Shown in pieces: positions 26,101 to 36,855 of a stretch of DNA of 64,000 bases (positions are counted from its first letter, which is position 1; each line of letters begins with the position of its first letter). Both the position numbers and the translations under genes were made by a program. Below the pieces are notes generated by a model. That model did not search any database, was not told the origin of the DNA, and worked only from the letters and a program-made list of their open reading frames with translations. Source of the stretch: Podarcis gaigeae (taxonomy: Eukaryota); the NCBI GenBank assembly GCA_964106915.2, contig OZ066917.1. One strand, given 5' to 3'.

Positions 26101-29100
26101 TTTTGGCATATTAAGAGCACATAAACAAACAAAACATGTAAGTTGATAGAGTGGTACCTCGGGTTAAGTACTTAATTCGTTCCGGAGGTCCATTCTTAAC
26201 CTGAAACTGTTCTTAACCTGAAGCACCACTTTAGCTAATGGGGCCTCCCGCTGCCACTGCGCTGCCGGAGCACGATTTCTGTTCTCATCCTGAAGCAAAG
26301 TTCTTAACCCGAGGTACTATTTCTGGGTTAGCAGAGTCTGTAACCTGAAGCGTATGTAACCCGAGGTACCACTGTACTCAAATAATTAGAGACATCAGAA
26401 GCATGCCAGTGGTCATACATTAATCACACAATGATGTGCATATCAATGCATCTTACATGTATAAAACACTATTATGCCACTTTAACAATCATGGCTTCCC
26501 TGCAGTGAATCCTGGGAACTGTGGTTTGTTCAGAGTGCCAAGAGTGTTAAGAGACCCCTATTCCCTTCACAGAGCTGGAGTTGTCACAACAGGTTAACAA
26601 TCAATCCTTCTTCCCAGGGAACTCTGGGAGCTGTAGTTCTGTGAGGGGAACTCTCAGCACCCTTAACAAATGACATTTCTCAGAATTCTTTGGGAGAAGT
26701 TATAACTGTTTAAAGTGGCATAATAGTGCTTTTACTATATGGTGTGGATGTGGCCTTATATGCACATTATACCACAGACTTAAACTGGTTTCATCATCAT
26801 ATCATCTCCCTAGGTGTTTGGAGAATACAGTGGTACCTCAGGTTACATACGCTTCATGTTACATACGCTTCAGGTTACAGATTCTGCTAATCCAAAAATA
26901 GTACCTCAGGTTAAGAACTTTGCTTCAGGATGAGAACAGAAATCGTGCTCTGGCGACGCAGCAGCAGCAGAAGGCCCCATTAGTTAAAGTGGTGCTTCAG
27001 GTTAAGAACAGTTTCAGGTTAAGAACGGACCTCCAGAACGAATTAAGTACTTAACCCAAGGTACCACTGTAATGCTTTCGACAGGACTGAGCACCCTCAT
27101 CGAGCCACAGAGCTCCCAGGATTCTTTCTAGGAAGCCATGCAATATAAAACTAGAGTGTAGATATGCCCTATGGCTTGGCCATGCATCTGTCAATTTTTT
27201 TTTGATGAGCAGCATAACACAGCATGCTTTATTAGTTCATGACAGTAGAGGCTAGTCCATTAGGGTGAAGGGTGCACTGCCCCCTTTAAACTCAGTCAGC
27301 CGCCACTCAGTCTATTTTGTTTACTGCTGTTATTGAGGCTCCATCTGCACTATATAAGGCAGTATAATACCACTTTAAACAGCCATGGCTTCCCCCCAAA
27401 GAATCCTGAGAACTGTAGTTTGTTAAGAGTACAGACCCCCTTAGAAAGCTACGATTCTCAGAGCTCCCTGTGAAGAGTGATTCATTGTTAAACCTCCCTG
27501 ATAATAGTAGCTCTGTGGGGAACAGGGGTCTCCTAACAACTCTCAGCTCCCTCAACACTCCCCAGGAGTCTGGTGAGACTAGAGCATGGGTAGTCAAACT
27601 AAGGCCCAGGGGCCAGATCCGGCCCAATTGCCTTCTAAATCCGGCCTGTGGACAGTCCCGGAATTAGTATGTTTTTACATGAGTAGAATGTGTGCTTTTA
27701 TTTAAAATGCATCTCTGGGTAATTTGTGGGGCATAAGAATTCGTTCATCCCCCCCCCAAAAAATATAGTCTGGCCCCCCACAAGGTCTGAGGGACGGTGG
27801 ACTGGCCCCCTGTTGAAAACGTTTGCTGACCCCTGGACTAGAGGACAGTCTTGATTTTTTAAAGTGGTAGGATAGCGTATAGTGCAGATTGGGGCTCATT
27901 TAGAAAAGAAACAAACAAAACAAAACATTACCCAGCGCCCTGCGGATCCTGAGCTTTGTGCCACCTCCTGTCACCACATCTCCATTGGAAAGGGTCACCT
28001 GGCAGAAATAAGTGCCATGATCGCTGGTTGTCACATTTAAGATAGTCAAAGATGCATCGCCTTCAGATAAATCCCCTGTCAGGAATGCTCTGGTGTAGTT
28101 TGCCAATACAGTGATGTTGTTCTCCATTAGGTCCCTCGACCCTTTTTCATCCTCCTTGTACCATTTCACTGTTAGGTTATTCAAAGATGAGCCATGGGAA
28201 CTTTGGAACCGACATCCAAGGGTCACTGTTTCACCCTCTTTGGCTTTCTCTCTGCTTGGACTCTGGGACACAGATGGAGACACAAGACTCATTCCGTATG
28301 TGTGAAACACTGTCTTGGGGGAAGCGGCAGGTGAATGGGTTGAGACAGCTCTGTTCTCCTTGGCTGCATTTCCAACGCCAGCATAAACAGCTGCAAAAGA
28401 AGAGAGAAAGACGAATGTTCTTGGTGAGACTTACAGAAGGTAGCGATTATTTAGGGGATGTGCGGGGTTCTGTGCGTGGGCGAACTGGGTTGTGTTGGGT
28501 TTAAAGGACTGGAAGTTCTGGCTTCATAGCAGATTATAGAAAGGGAGAGAGAATAGGTAATAAATAAAAGGGTGGGTATGTACTGATTTACTTTGTGAGT
28601 CTGCTGGCAAGAGATGCATTTTCAGTTGTTTCAACCATAATTCTGGATACGGGTGGTATACATTTTTGTACTACTGCAGGGATTAGCATTAGTGCAAAAG
28701 GATTTCCCAACAATAGCTGTCAACTTTTCCCTTTTCTTGCGAGGAATCCTATTCGGAATAAGGGAATTTCTCTTTAAAAAAGGGAAACGTTGACAGATAT
28801 GTTCCCAACTCCCCCTCCTGCTCCCATGGGTGCCCTCCCATCTACTCTGGATGTTTAGAAGTCCCTCATTTCACTCCAAGATGCATTTTGATTGGCACAG
28901 GAATTGTAGAGTTGGAAGGGACCCCAAAGGTAAACAGCTATGAGGCCCTTCTAACACACACCAAATGCGTGGAGAGCTGGGCACATTGGCAGCTAGCCTA
29001 CATGGACCCACAATCCCAACATTCATTATTTCAAAGTTGGAGGTGGGGTTGTTTGAGAACTCCGCACCCCTTAACTCTGTTTCCACCCCTAACATGCATG

Positions 29101-29833
29101 AATTTTAAAAATGATAAATAAGCAGAACCAAACCATGTTGTCCGTGAAATAAGTGTTTATGCACCATAACGCCTTCATGTATGGAAACATATACATTACT
29201 GCATTTGACTAAAGCTTTTAAAAGATCACAGTTATCTAGCAGAGGGGCTCAACTGTTTACAAAATCCTTTGACCTGAAAGAGATCACTGACATCCAGCCA
29301 TCTTTGGTAGCCTGTGAAGCCAAGTGGAGAGAGAGTAACAGGTGCACTTCAAGAGAGGCTGGACCAAACAGTATAGAAAGGAAGAATAAAGACTCTGTAA
29401 ATACAACAAGGGTTTTTGCTATGGCAACTTGAGCCTGTGAGTCACTGTCATGTGTCTAGACCGACTATCTTAGCTTCATCATCCCACAGTTAAAAGGAAG
29501 ACCTATGCATAAGCATAATTAAACTGGTTCACTTTATTAAAAATGCCCTTAGAATGATCATTTGAACTATCCTTATAATTTCATTCCCTACTTTATTTTC
29601 ACAACAATTTTACGTGGTACATCACAATTATCCTTATTTTGCAGATGGTGAACCGAGGCTAAGATATTATAAATTGGCAAAAGTCAACGTTTTTCTTGTT
29701 ATTGTTGTCCTGGTACCAGATATGCAGACAGTGCAGCAACATCAAAACACAGGGCTTATATATTTGCAGTTGCCAAGCCCTTCTATAGATTCTGGACTTT
29801 TATTTTGTAATTTAGTTCATAAAATGTATATAC

Positions 29834-29868
<35 letters not shown>

Positions 29869-32153
29869 GAAAAAGAATACAATGAGATTATCAGTAATTA
29901 AAAAACCCAGTTTTAGCCACATGACCCGGAAACTGTCTGTGGACAAACGCCGGCTCCCCTGGCCCATAAGCGAGATGAGCGCCGCAACCCCAGAGTCGGT
30001 CACAACCGGACCTAATGGTCAGGGGTACCTTTACCTTCACCTTTACTTAAGACATTTTAAAAAATTTAAATAAACAATAAGTGAAAACCTAGATTAAAAT
30101 GCATGACAACAAGCTACATATCTGGATAGACTTCCTTAAACAAAAATGCATTTAGTAGGTGCAGAACAGAGTACAGTGAAGGCACTTGCCCAATGTCAAT
30201 AGGCAAGGAGTTCCAAAGTTTGGGTGCTGCTACACTAAAAGACAGAGTCATCCCCCCCTCCCCAAATGTGGAATAAGTATTATGTAGCACTGGTAACTGC
30301 ACCAGTTCCATAGATCAAATTTATTTACAGTAATAAGATTTTTTTTTACTTACAGAATTGCCTTTCTGTTTCAATTTAGCACTGAAGATTGGGTTTCCCT
30401 TGCAGGAAGTGGCAGGGCAAATTGAGGTGTGGATAAGCACATGGCTTGGTGGGGATTCAAATCCTAATTTCCCAGGTCTTTGTCCGATACTCTAACCACT
30501 ACACCACACTGGCTCTTAATAGTACAACCAGCTTGATTCAAATATTAAACCTGAAGTGTGTGTGTTTCAAGCTTTGCTGGAAGCCAAAGATTCCCATCTT
30601 TGGTTCAATTACCAGCTCATTACCTAGGCTTCACTGTGAAGGTCGCCATGGAGGACTTGCTCTTAACATTGCAAAAGGTTATTAGTTCACTTGTATTTAT
30701 TTATATTGTCCTCCCGTAATACAAGCACACAGGAGTGTCCCTGTGTGCATCTGTGCAATGTTGGAAGGCAGGGTGTTGCTGGCATCCTGACATCTTTTTG
30801 TTTTCTAGATGGGAGTGTCATACACAGAATTTGGACAGTTCTTTGAAATCAATATGTGAAACCCAGCCCACCACCATCAGCATCATCACTTCATCTTCGC
30901 ACTTGCCTTAGGGATGGCTGTTGCTATGCTTTAGAGACAGTAGAAATCACAGCTGGCTGTAATTGTCCCTCCAGCTTCTAGTTGCAACAATCCTATCAGT
31001 CCTATTTCTCCCTCTTTTGCCTGCCCACTTATCCATGCCTATAGTTGCACAGCTTTTATTGCCTCCTGAGGTCACACACAAAGCTTTGGCCCGGTTGTAC
31101 ATTCCCCTTGGTTTCTGTTTCCTTCAACGCCATTGTGTCCTCAAGCCTCCATTTTTTTCATGCCACTGTTTACTTTATCCTACTTTCCAGCATTTACTAA
31201 ACCCAGGCATTTGACACCCTCAACCTATAACAGTATCAATATTCACTCCACTACAGATGCATTAGACACAAAGGAGCCTTATTCTCTTTGGACTTGGTCA
31301 CCCTAGGGTTGCATATCCAGGCAATAAACACATTACAATACTGTGTCCTCCTTAACTGATTTTGTGACAAATGTTTATGCATAACCTCGCAAGATCTCTT
31401 CAAATTGCAGGGTGAGGGAGGACACAGAAAAAGTGTATTTATAGCAGCTCTCTCATTAGGGTTTGCAGTCAGTACATCACAACAAGAAGAGACATAAAGT
31501 CCTAATGATACAAATCCTGAGGACAAATTTTCCCAGCTAAACCCCTTCTCTAAAACTCCCACATTCTGTCTTTAAGTAAAAAGGCAACATAATTATAGCT
31601 GCTTGTTGAGAAGCAGAAATGGGGGGGTTGACTTCAGATGTAAAAAGATTAGCACAGAAGCAACTTCTCTGCCTTTAGGATATATTTTTTAATGGAAAAC
31701 TGTGTGCCCCCCCTTTTGTTTAAAAATCACCTTATAAAACCAAATGTCATAAATTATAGAACCATAGACGTAACAGAATGTGAAAGACTAAAGACTGTCT
31801 ATCATAATTACAGATTCATATGCTTCAACCACCTTTTACAAAATAGCCTATAGACCAATAAGATACAGCCCAGATCACAACCTACTCAGACTGACTCTAT
31901 GGATGTTACTCAAAGCTATGTTCCATTGTGTTGAGTGGAGCTTACTTGCATCCAGACAAGTAAGAGTGCATAGGATTGCACCCTTGGTTTGCCACAAGCA
32001 ACTATAAGAAGAAACCACAGATCCCCTCTCCCTGCTCCAATCTCCTAAAAATGAAGGTACTGTAGTTCATTAGCTCAGTTACTTACCCAAACAGATAGAA
32101 ATCAGAAGACGGGGCACTGCCCAGCTGTAGGATTTCAAATTCTGCTTGATCAT
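22063..32153 (-). CDS. Orphan single-VJ-domain Ig-superfamily type I membrane protein (NCR3/NKp30-like). Exons 32153-32087, 28390-27932, 22778-22638, probable last exon 22091-22063 (about 231 aa)
   Basis: Leader MIKQNLKSYSWAVPRLLISICLAVYAGVGNA; V-set with C, W and DxGxYxC plus J-like TGGGTKLRI; TM IGTIIGVVAAGIGGMLVLIVVL. All introns are GT-AG, phase 1. Minus-strand AATAAA at 21975-21980. Confidence 0.85.
22638..22778 (-). CDS. VJ-Ig gene transmembrane/cytoplasmic exon
   Basis: tttccccccag|GA ... CAAG|gtatgg; 141 nt; GLFGIEESIGTIIGVVAAGIGGMLVLIVVLTPQLRKCLPCAKATSNQ. Confidence 0.88.
23074..23121. repeat. (TA)n(CA)n microsatellite
   Basis: Read directly from the sequence. Confidence 0.9.
24455..24578. 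mobile_element. Penelope-like element terminal fragment
   Basis: gtagccgtgttggtctg...gcaccttaaagaccaac...agctttcgtg...cacttcttcag resembles squamate Penelope ends (recalled). Confidence 0.55.
25018..25374 (-). mobile_element. Near full-length Sauria SINE
   Basis: Reverse complement of GGGATGCGGGTGGCG...(ACCTTT)n; imperfect TSD TCATTG(C/G)TGGT at 25007-25017 and 25376-25386. Confidence 0.92.
26149..26374. mobile_element. Tc1/mariner-type MITE, family A
   Basis: TIRs and TA flanks. Confidence 0.88.
26445..26756. mobile_element. Palindromic PIF/Harbinger-like MITE
   Basis: Long imperfect inverted arms (cactattatgccacttta / taaagtggcataatagtg); relatives near 8005, 27336 and 45270. Confidence 0.6.
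26828..27069. mobile_element. Tc1/mariner-type MITE, family A (opposite orientation)
   Basis: TIRs and TA TSD. Confidence 0.9.
27585..27835. mobile_element. hAT (Charlie-group) non-autonomous element with perfect 8-bp TSD GACTAGAG
   Basis: GACTAGAG at 27577-27584 and 27836-27843; termini CATGGGTAGTCAAAC / GTTTGCTGACCCCTG. Confidence 0.85.
27932..28390 (-). CDS. VJ-type Ig domain exon with N-terminal S/T/P-rich extension
   Basis: tcttcttttgcag|CT ... CTGG|gtaatg; 459 nt; ...PSVSQSPSREKAKEGETVTLGCRF...VKWYK...DASLTILNVTTSDHGTYFCQVTLSNGDVVTGGGTKLRIRRAL. Confidence 0.92.
29834..29866. repeat. (TGAT)n microsatellite
   Basis: Read directly from the sequence. Confidence 0.9.
29916..30046 (+). mobile_element. 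5'-truncated Sauria SINE
   Basis: gccacatgacccggaa...gagatgagcgccgcaaccccagagtcgg...ggtcaggggtacctttacctt. Confidence 0.85.
30060..30320 (-). mobile_element. L2-type LINE fragment
   Basis: Minus ORF contains FSVAAPKLWNSLP. Confidence 0.6.
32087..32153 (-). CDS. VJ-Ig gene leader exon
   Basis: ATG at 32153; MIKQNLKSYSWAVPRLLISICL then G|gtaagt; phase 1 completes a signal peptide with AVYAGVGNA. Confidence 0.75.
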
Positions 32154-35100
32154 AGCTGACAATGTATTCTCTTTGGTTTTGCCTTTGGCTCCAAACGTAT
32201 GGGCAAAAGAAAAAAGATGTGCCTCTCTGCCTTTGTGTTGCAACAGAATAGGAATTCACATTCTGCCCAGTAAATGTCACACTTACTAAGGTTACCACAG
32301 CTTTGACATCACAGCTCTCTGTCTGCTGCCTAGAGGGCTGCCACTTTTGGTCTTCCTACAATTATTTCATTAGGAAGCTGCTCTAATCTTTGTGAGGGAA
32401 GCTGCAGAGAGGGTGCTGGATAGGGAGGAAATTTTAAGAAGTGCCTTGGCTAAACAACCCAGAATTTGCACTTGATGATCAGGTTTTAGAATGACCTTCC
32501 TAAGATCCTTTGCCTCACAAATCCCCCATGAAAACAGCCAGCACTAATAAAATTGCTTGTGACCCTAGTTATTCAGCAAGAATTGTGAAGAATCTTCCCC
32601 TGAAATGACACCAAATATGTTTTGAATGTCATATTATCTGGATATATTAATATGTTGTGACTTTTGGTAAGCTTTTGTGTATTTTGTAAACCCCTCTAGT
32701 TTGGAAGGGAAAGTGAACAACAGTTATTTTTAATAAATACATTCTACTCCTCTTGTGCAACTTTTTCCCCAGTTACTGATAAAACAGATTGTTGATTCTC
32801 CATGACTAATTTAACTACATTTAACTTAATTGCCACTGGGGTTTTTGAAAACTGCCCAAACAAACTTGTGTGTTGTCAGGGAATAAGAATAAATAGTCTC
32901 ATGACCCATGGGAATAGTTGGACTTAACTGTGCCATGCCTAGAGTCTGTTTTCAATTTCATGGCTTAGCCCTGGGAAATGTAATGTAAAAATGAAAAAAA
33001 GGGTATGTAGTCCAACATCTGGGGTGTCACAGATCTCTTGTCTCTAGCAATGTCCCATGCTCCTAGCAATGTAATATCTGTAGTGAAAAAGACTAGGTTT
33101 TTCCCCCTTAAAAAATAATGTCAAAAATTAGGGGGCTTCATATACACGGATACATCTCCCTCCATCTTCTTAAATCTGAATCCCCCAAAATAGGGGATGT
33201 CCTATACATGGGGGCATCTTGTAGACGGAAAAATACGGTATGTTTTTCTGTCCTTCCCTGTGCTCAGAGACCGGTTATCTCATTTGATGAGTTGTTTCTT
33301 GTATTGTTGATAACAAGGGTGAGAAATTCAGCAGATTTAACGTATGCACAGGTAATTGAGTTTGGTGGTTTACCTGCACCGTCATCCTAAATCTTTTCAG
33401 CCTACTTTTACCAACAGAAGCTAAAAAGGCACATGTGACAATATCTATAAGATTGCATTACAGGGCTTGTTTTCAGCCAGAACTCACCAGAACTCAGTTC
33501 TGGCACCTCTCAGGTGGGCACCATTGCCATTATAAGAGAACAAGGGAGACATTCATGGTGAGTTCTGGCACATCTTTGTCTAGAAAGCTGGCTTTGCATA
33601 TCTAGTGTAAGAGGTCAGGCCCAAGCAGAAGGCAGGAGGGCTGGAAAATAGCGAAAGGAGACCTGTTGTACATAGTTCTTCTTACCTGATCTTTATTAAA
33701 CAGAGAATGCTACAAAAGCCGTTGCAATGTATTTTTCATCTTCTCTGCTTTGTTTCCTGCATTCTCAATAACATGAGACAGAGATCTAAGCAACTATGTC
33801 TTCAATATTTTAGATTTGATTCAATAAGACTCATGCTAGCATAGAAGGGATCTATTGTCATGGCAACAGGGTAGATTACCACCATTAAATATAATTGCTT
33901 TCATCCACGTACCAGCTGATGATCTAAACAAACAAACAATTTCAAGCAGCCTTCTCAGACCTGGTGGTTTCCATATCCCATTATCCCTAGCTAGTGTGGT
34001 CAATGGTAAGGGCTGATAGGAGTTGTATTCCACAGCATATAGTAAGGGCAGGGTTGCTACGGGCATATGATTTGGACTGGGCACAGGTGGACAATCTTCT
34101 GCCCTCGGTCTAGTAACTGTACGTGCTTTTGCAAGACTCATCTATCCCTTATGGCTCTCCTTCCTTGGAGCTTTTTAAGCAGAGGTTGGATGGCCATCTG
34201 TCATGTATGCTTTAACTGAGATTCTATTATTCTAATAGCTGTCATTATTTGATGGCAACAATATACCCTGCTGCACATGTGCAGATGCCCTTCCGTTCTA
34301 CTAGGGGTGCCAACTTGAATAAAATATTGTGGAGGCCCAGGTGAGCCCTGCCCTGCATAATTGATCGTATGACGCAGTGCGCACACACCATTTGAATGGG
34401 AACACCCATCAACTTTCTGGTGGCCCGGCCTCCTCAAATATTTTACTGTGGGGGCTGAAGCCCACATGGTCCCTAGCAGTGGGCTTCTATGCATCCTACA
34501 AATTCACAAGTGGAGCTCTAGCTCTGCAAGAACAGATTTCGAGGTCGAGGCAGAAGAACGCTGCAAGTTCTTGCTCCCCAGGGATGGGGAGAACGAAGGG
34601 TAGAAACATTGTCTATACGAAGGGGTCTGCTGCCAGCACAGAATGGAGCAGCGAGCTATTATGTCCATGCTTGTTACGAAAAGCAGAGGCTGGGATTGGG
34701 AGGGTGTGAGATGCTTGCTTTGAGCATCCATGGCCACTAGAGAGAGCTGCTGGGTTCTCAGCAACCCTATTGTAATAACTTTGGAGCTCCCGGGGGGGGG
34801 CTCTTCTGGGTTGTTAAACAGGGCTGGCTCTCAGGAGCCCACAGAAGGTAGTGAAAATTCAGCAGCCTCTCAGCACATGAGAGTGCACCATTGAATACCA
34901 GCTTCTGGGGAGCCCTGAGTCTGCCTAGACTCTGATATTCCAGCTTCTCTAGAGCACCCACCTTTTGAGGCCACCACAAATAGCGGCAGACCTGGATTTC
35001 AGCCAGCCCCAAGTTTCCAATTCGCTGAAAACATTTCAATTTTATTATTATTATTACTTCTTTCTCTCTTTCACAAGAACGCCAACATTTCAGGTCCAGA

Positions 35101-36599
35101 TTTATATTGTAAGATTATTAGCAGTTCAGTTATTTCACAGTCACCAACTCTTGTGACTTGAGAGACTTCTGGCAGCACATTTTTTGATAAAGCTGTGTGA
35201 ATATCAGCTTTTGTACAAAAATATTCTAGCTCTAATGACTGCATAACGGGGGGAAAGAGCCATCAGCGCTGGAAATTAGAACAAAAATGTGAACTATAAA
35301 CACAGGGAGGAGTAATAAAAATAAAAAGAGAAGAACCTATTCTGGAACTGAAAATCTGATAACATTGATAGTTTTTACTTGGATTTTGTTATTTTAACTC
35401 ATGCAACTATCCGTACTATGTGCCTTTATACTTGTGTTTTTCATCTTTTAATTTGTGTCAGTTATAATTGTTCTCTCTGTTTGACATACATTATAAAATT
35501 AAATAAATAAATAATAAATATTAGAAAAAAAAGAACCTGCTTTGTTAACAAGGAAACCACTGGAACCTCGCATCACTCGGAGATTGTAAGGGTGAAACAA
35601 ACAATTTTTTTTTACATTTAAAAAAAGCTTGTTAACATATTACGTTCCTGTAGGTGTCTCTGTTTTGAAGCACATGGAACTCAAATGCAATGCTGTGGCT
35701 GATATACCACGCAGTAAAATATATATAGCATAGGTTGAACTAGCCGAATTATTTTATTGGTTTTGTCTTTTGTTGTGGTTTTATTGTGCTGTAATGCTGT
35801 ATAGTGGGTCTCCTTGGTCCGAAAGGTGAGCTATTATTTTATTGGAAATACACGCTAAATAAAGGATCTCATTTCAGTCTTCAGCGGGTGGGTGGGGGGA
35901 GTCTGCTCTTGCTTATGTAGCACAAGAGATATGAACAGGCTGGGGGGGGGCGGGAACCTAGGTGTGCAAAAGTAAAAAAAAAATCTAGTAAAACAAAACG
36001 AAGGGAGCAACTTCTCTCCGCCCCACCCCAAAAACCAAGCCAGTGAGGACTGAGCCTCTTCAGTAGCCACAGAATGCTGAGTGTCTCTTGAAAGTGGATT
36101 GGGGGGGGGGAGAGATAAAACTGAATATGAATGAAATAGAACCACTACTCTGCAGAGTATTGTCCCACTTATATATTACTAATAGTGACCATCTACACAT
36201 GAGGGAGCATGGGCGGGGGCAGGGGGATTTTGCATCAAAATCAGTACAAATCAGAGGTTCTGCCCCCCCCCCCCACAAAAGTCTGCCCCTCCTAACAAAA
36301 ATCCTGGCTGCGCCCATGTGAGGGAGATATCGCCAGACTTGAGAGAATACTCCGCCCATGAAAATGCCTCCACAACACAATATTTCAATGTGTACACTGT
36401 ATATAAGAGTGAGAGAAAGATGATATTCGTTTGTAAATATGGTTGGGTCTTAACCCCACCCCCCTTTGAAAAACAAACCTTTTATTCAAGGGGAGGGGTG
36501 AAATCCCAGCCATCCTGGATCTTATTTTTGTCCTAAATAATAATAAAAAATTGCACACTCAGTAAGTGCAACTTTTAAAATTCCCTCGCAAAAACCTTC

Positions 36600-36855
36600 C
36601 AGTGTAAACATCTCCACAGCACAGGGCAGGCTCGGCCAAAGCGTCAATGGTCGGACAAATCGCCTCCTTCGAAAGGAGCCGGCACTTCTCGTAGCCGTAG
36701 GCGAGAGAAACTCATTTTCCGCGCGCTCTCTGTGTATTTTGCTTAATGCTGCTGGCCCTTTAAATTGCTGGGGAGAGAGGCGTTGCAAGCAGCCCTATGG
36801 TGCTAATTTTTGAGACAACCCGCTTGCAGGTTGCATCTTCTTTCTTCTCTCCATG
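36600..36855 (+). promoter_or_regulatory. GRAMD1C: CpG-enriched GRAMD1C promoter/first exon ending in ATG|gtaagc
   Basis: Local CpG enrichment in non-repeat DNA; ccATG at 36853-36855 is followed directly by a strong donor; phase 0 matches the exon at 39576. Confidence 0.65.

Noticed and set aside
27932-28390. Rearranging Ig/TCR V segment
   Set aside because: The J-like motif is already fused in the germline exon, I saw no heptamer/nonamer RSS or C1 exon, and the exon splices straight to a TM exon.
22063-32153. TIGIT, CD200R, BTLA or CD96 orthologue, suggested by human 3q13 synteny
   Set aside because: No ITIM or Tyr motif in the spliced tail, and the V domain ends in a VJ-type GxGT motif unlike those receptors. 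NCR3 orthology is also not claimed because the TM lacks Arg.
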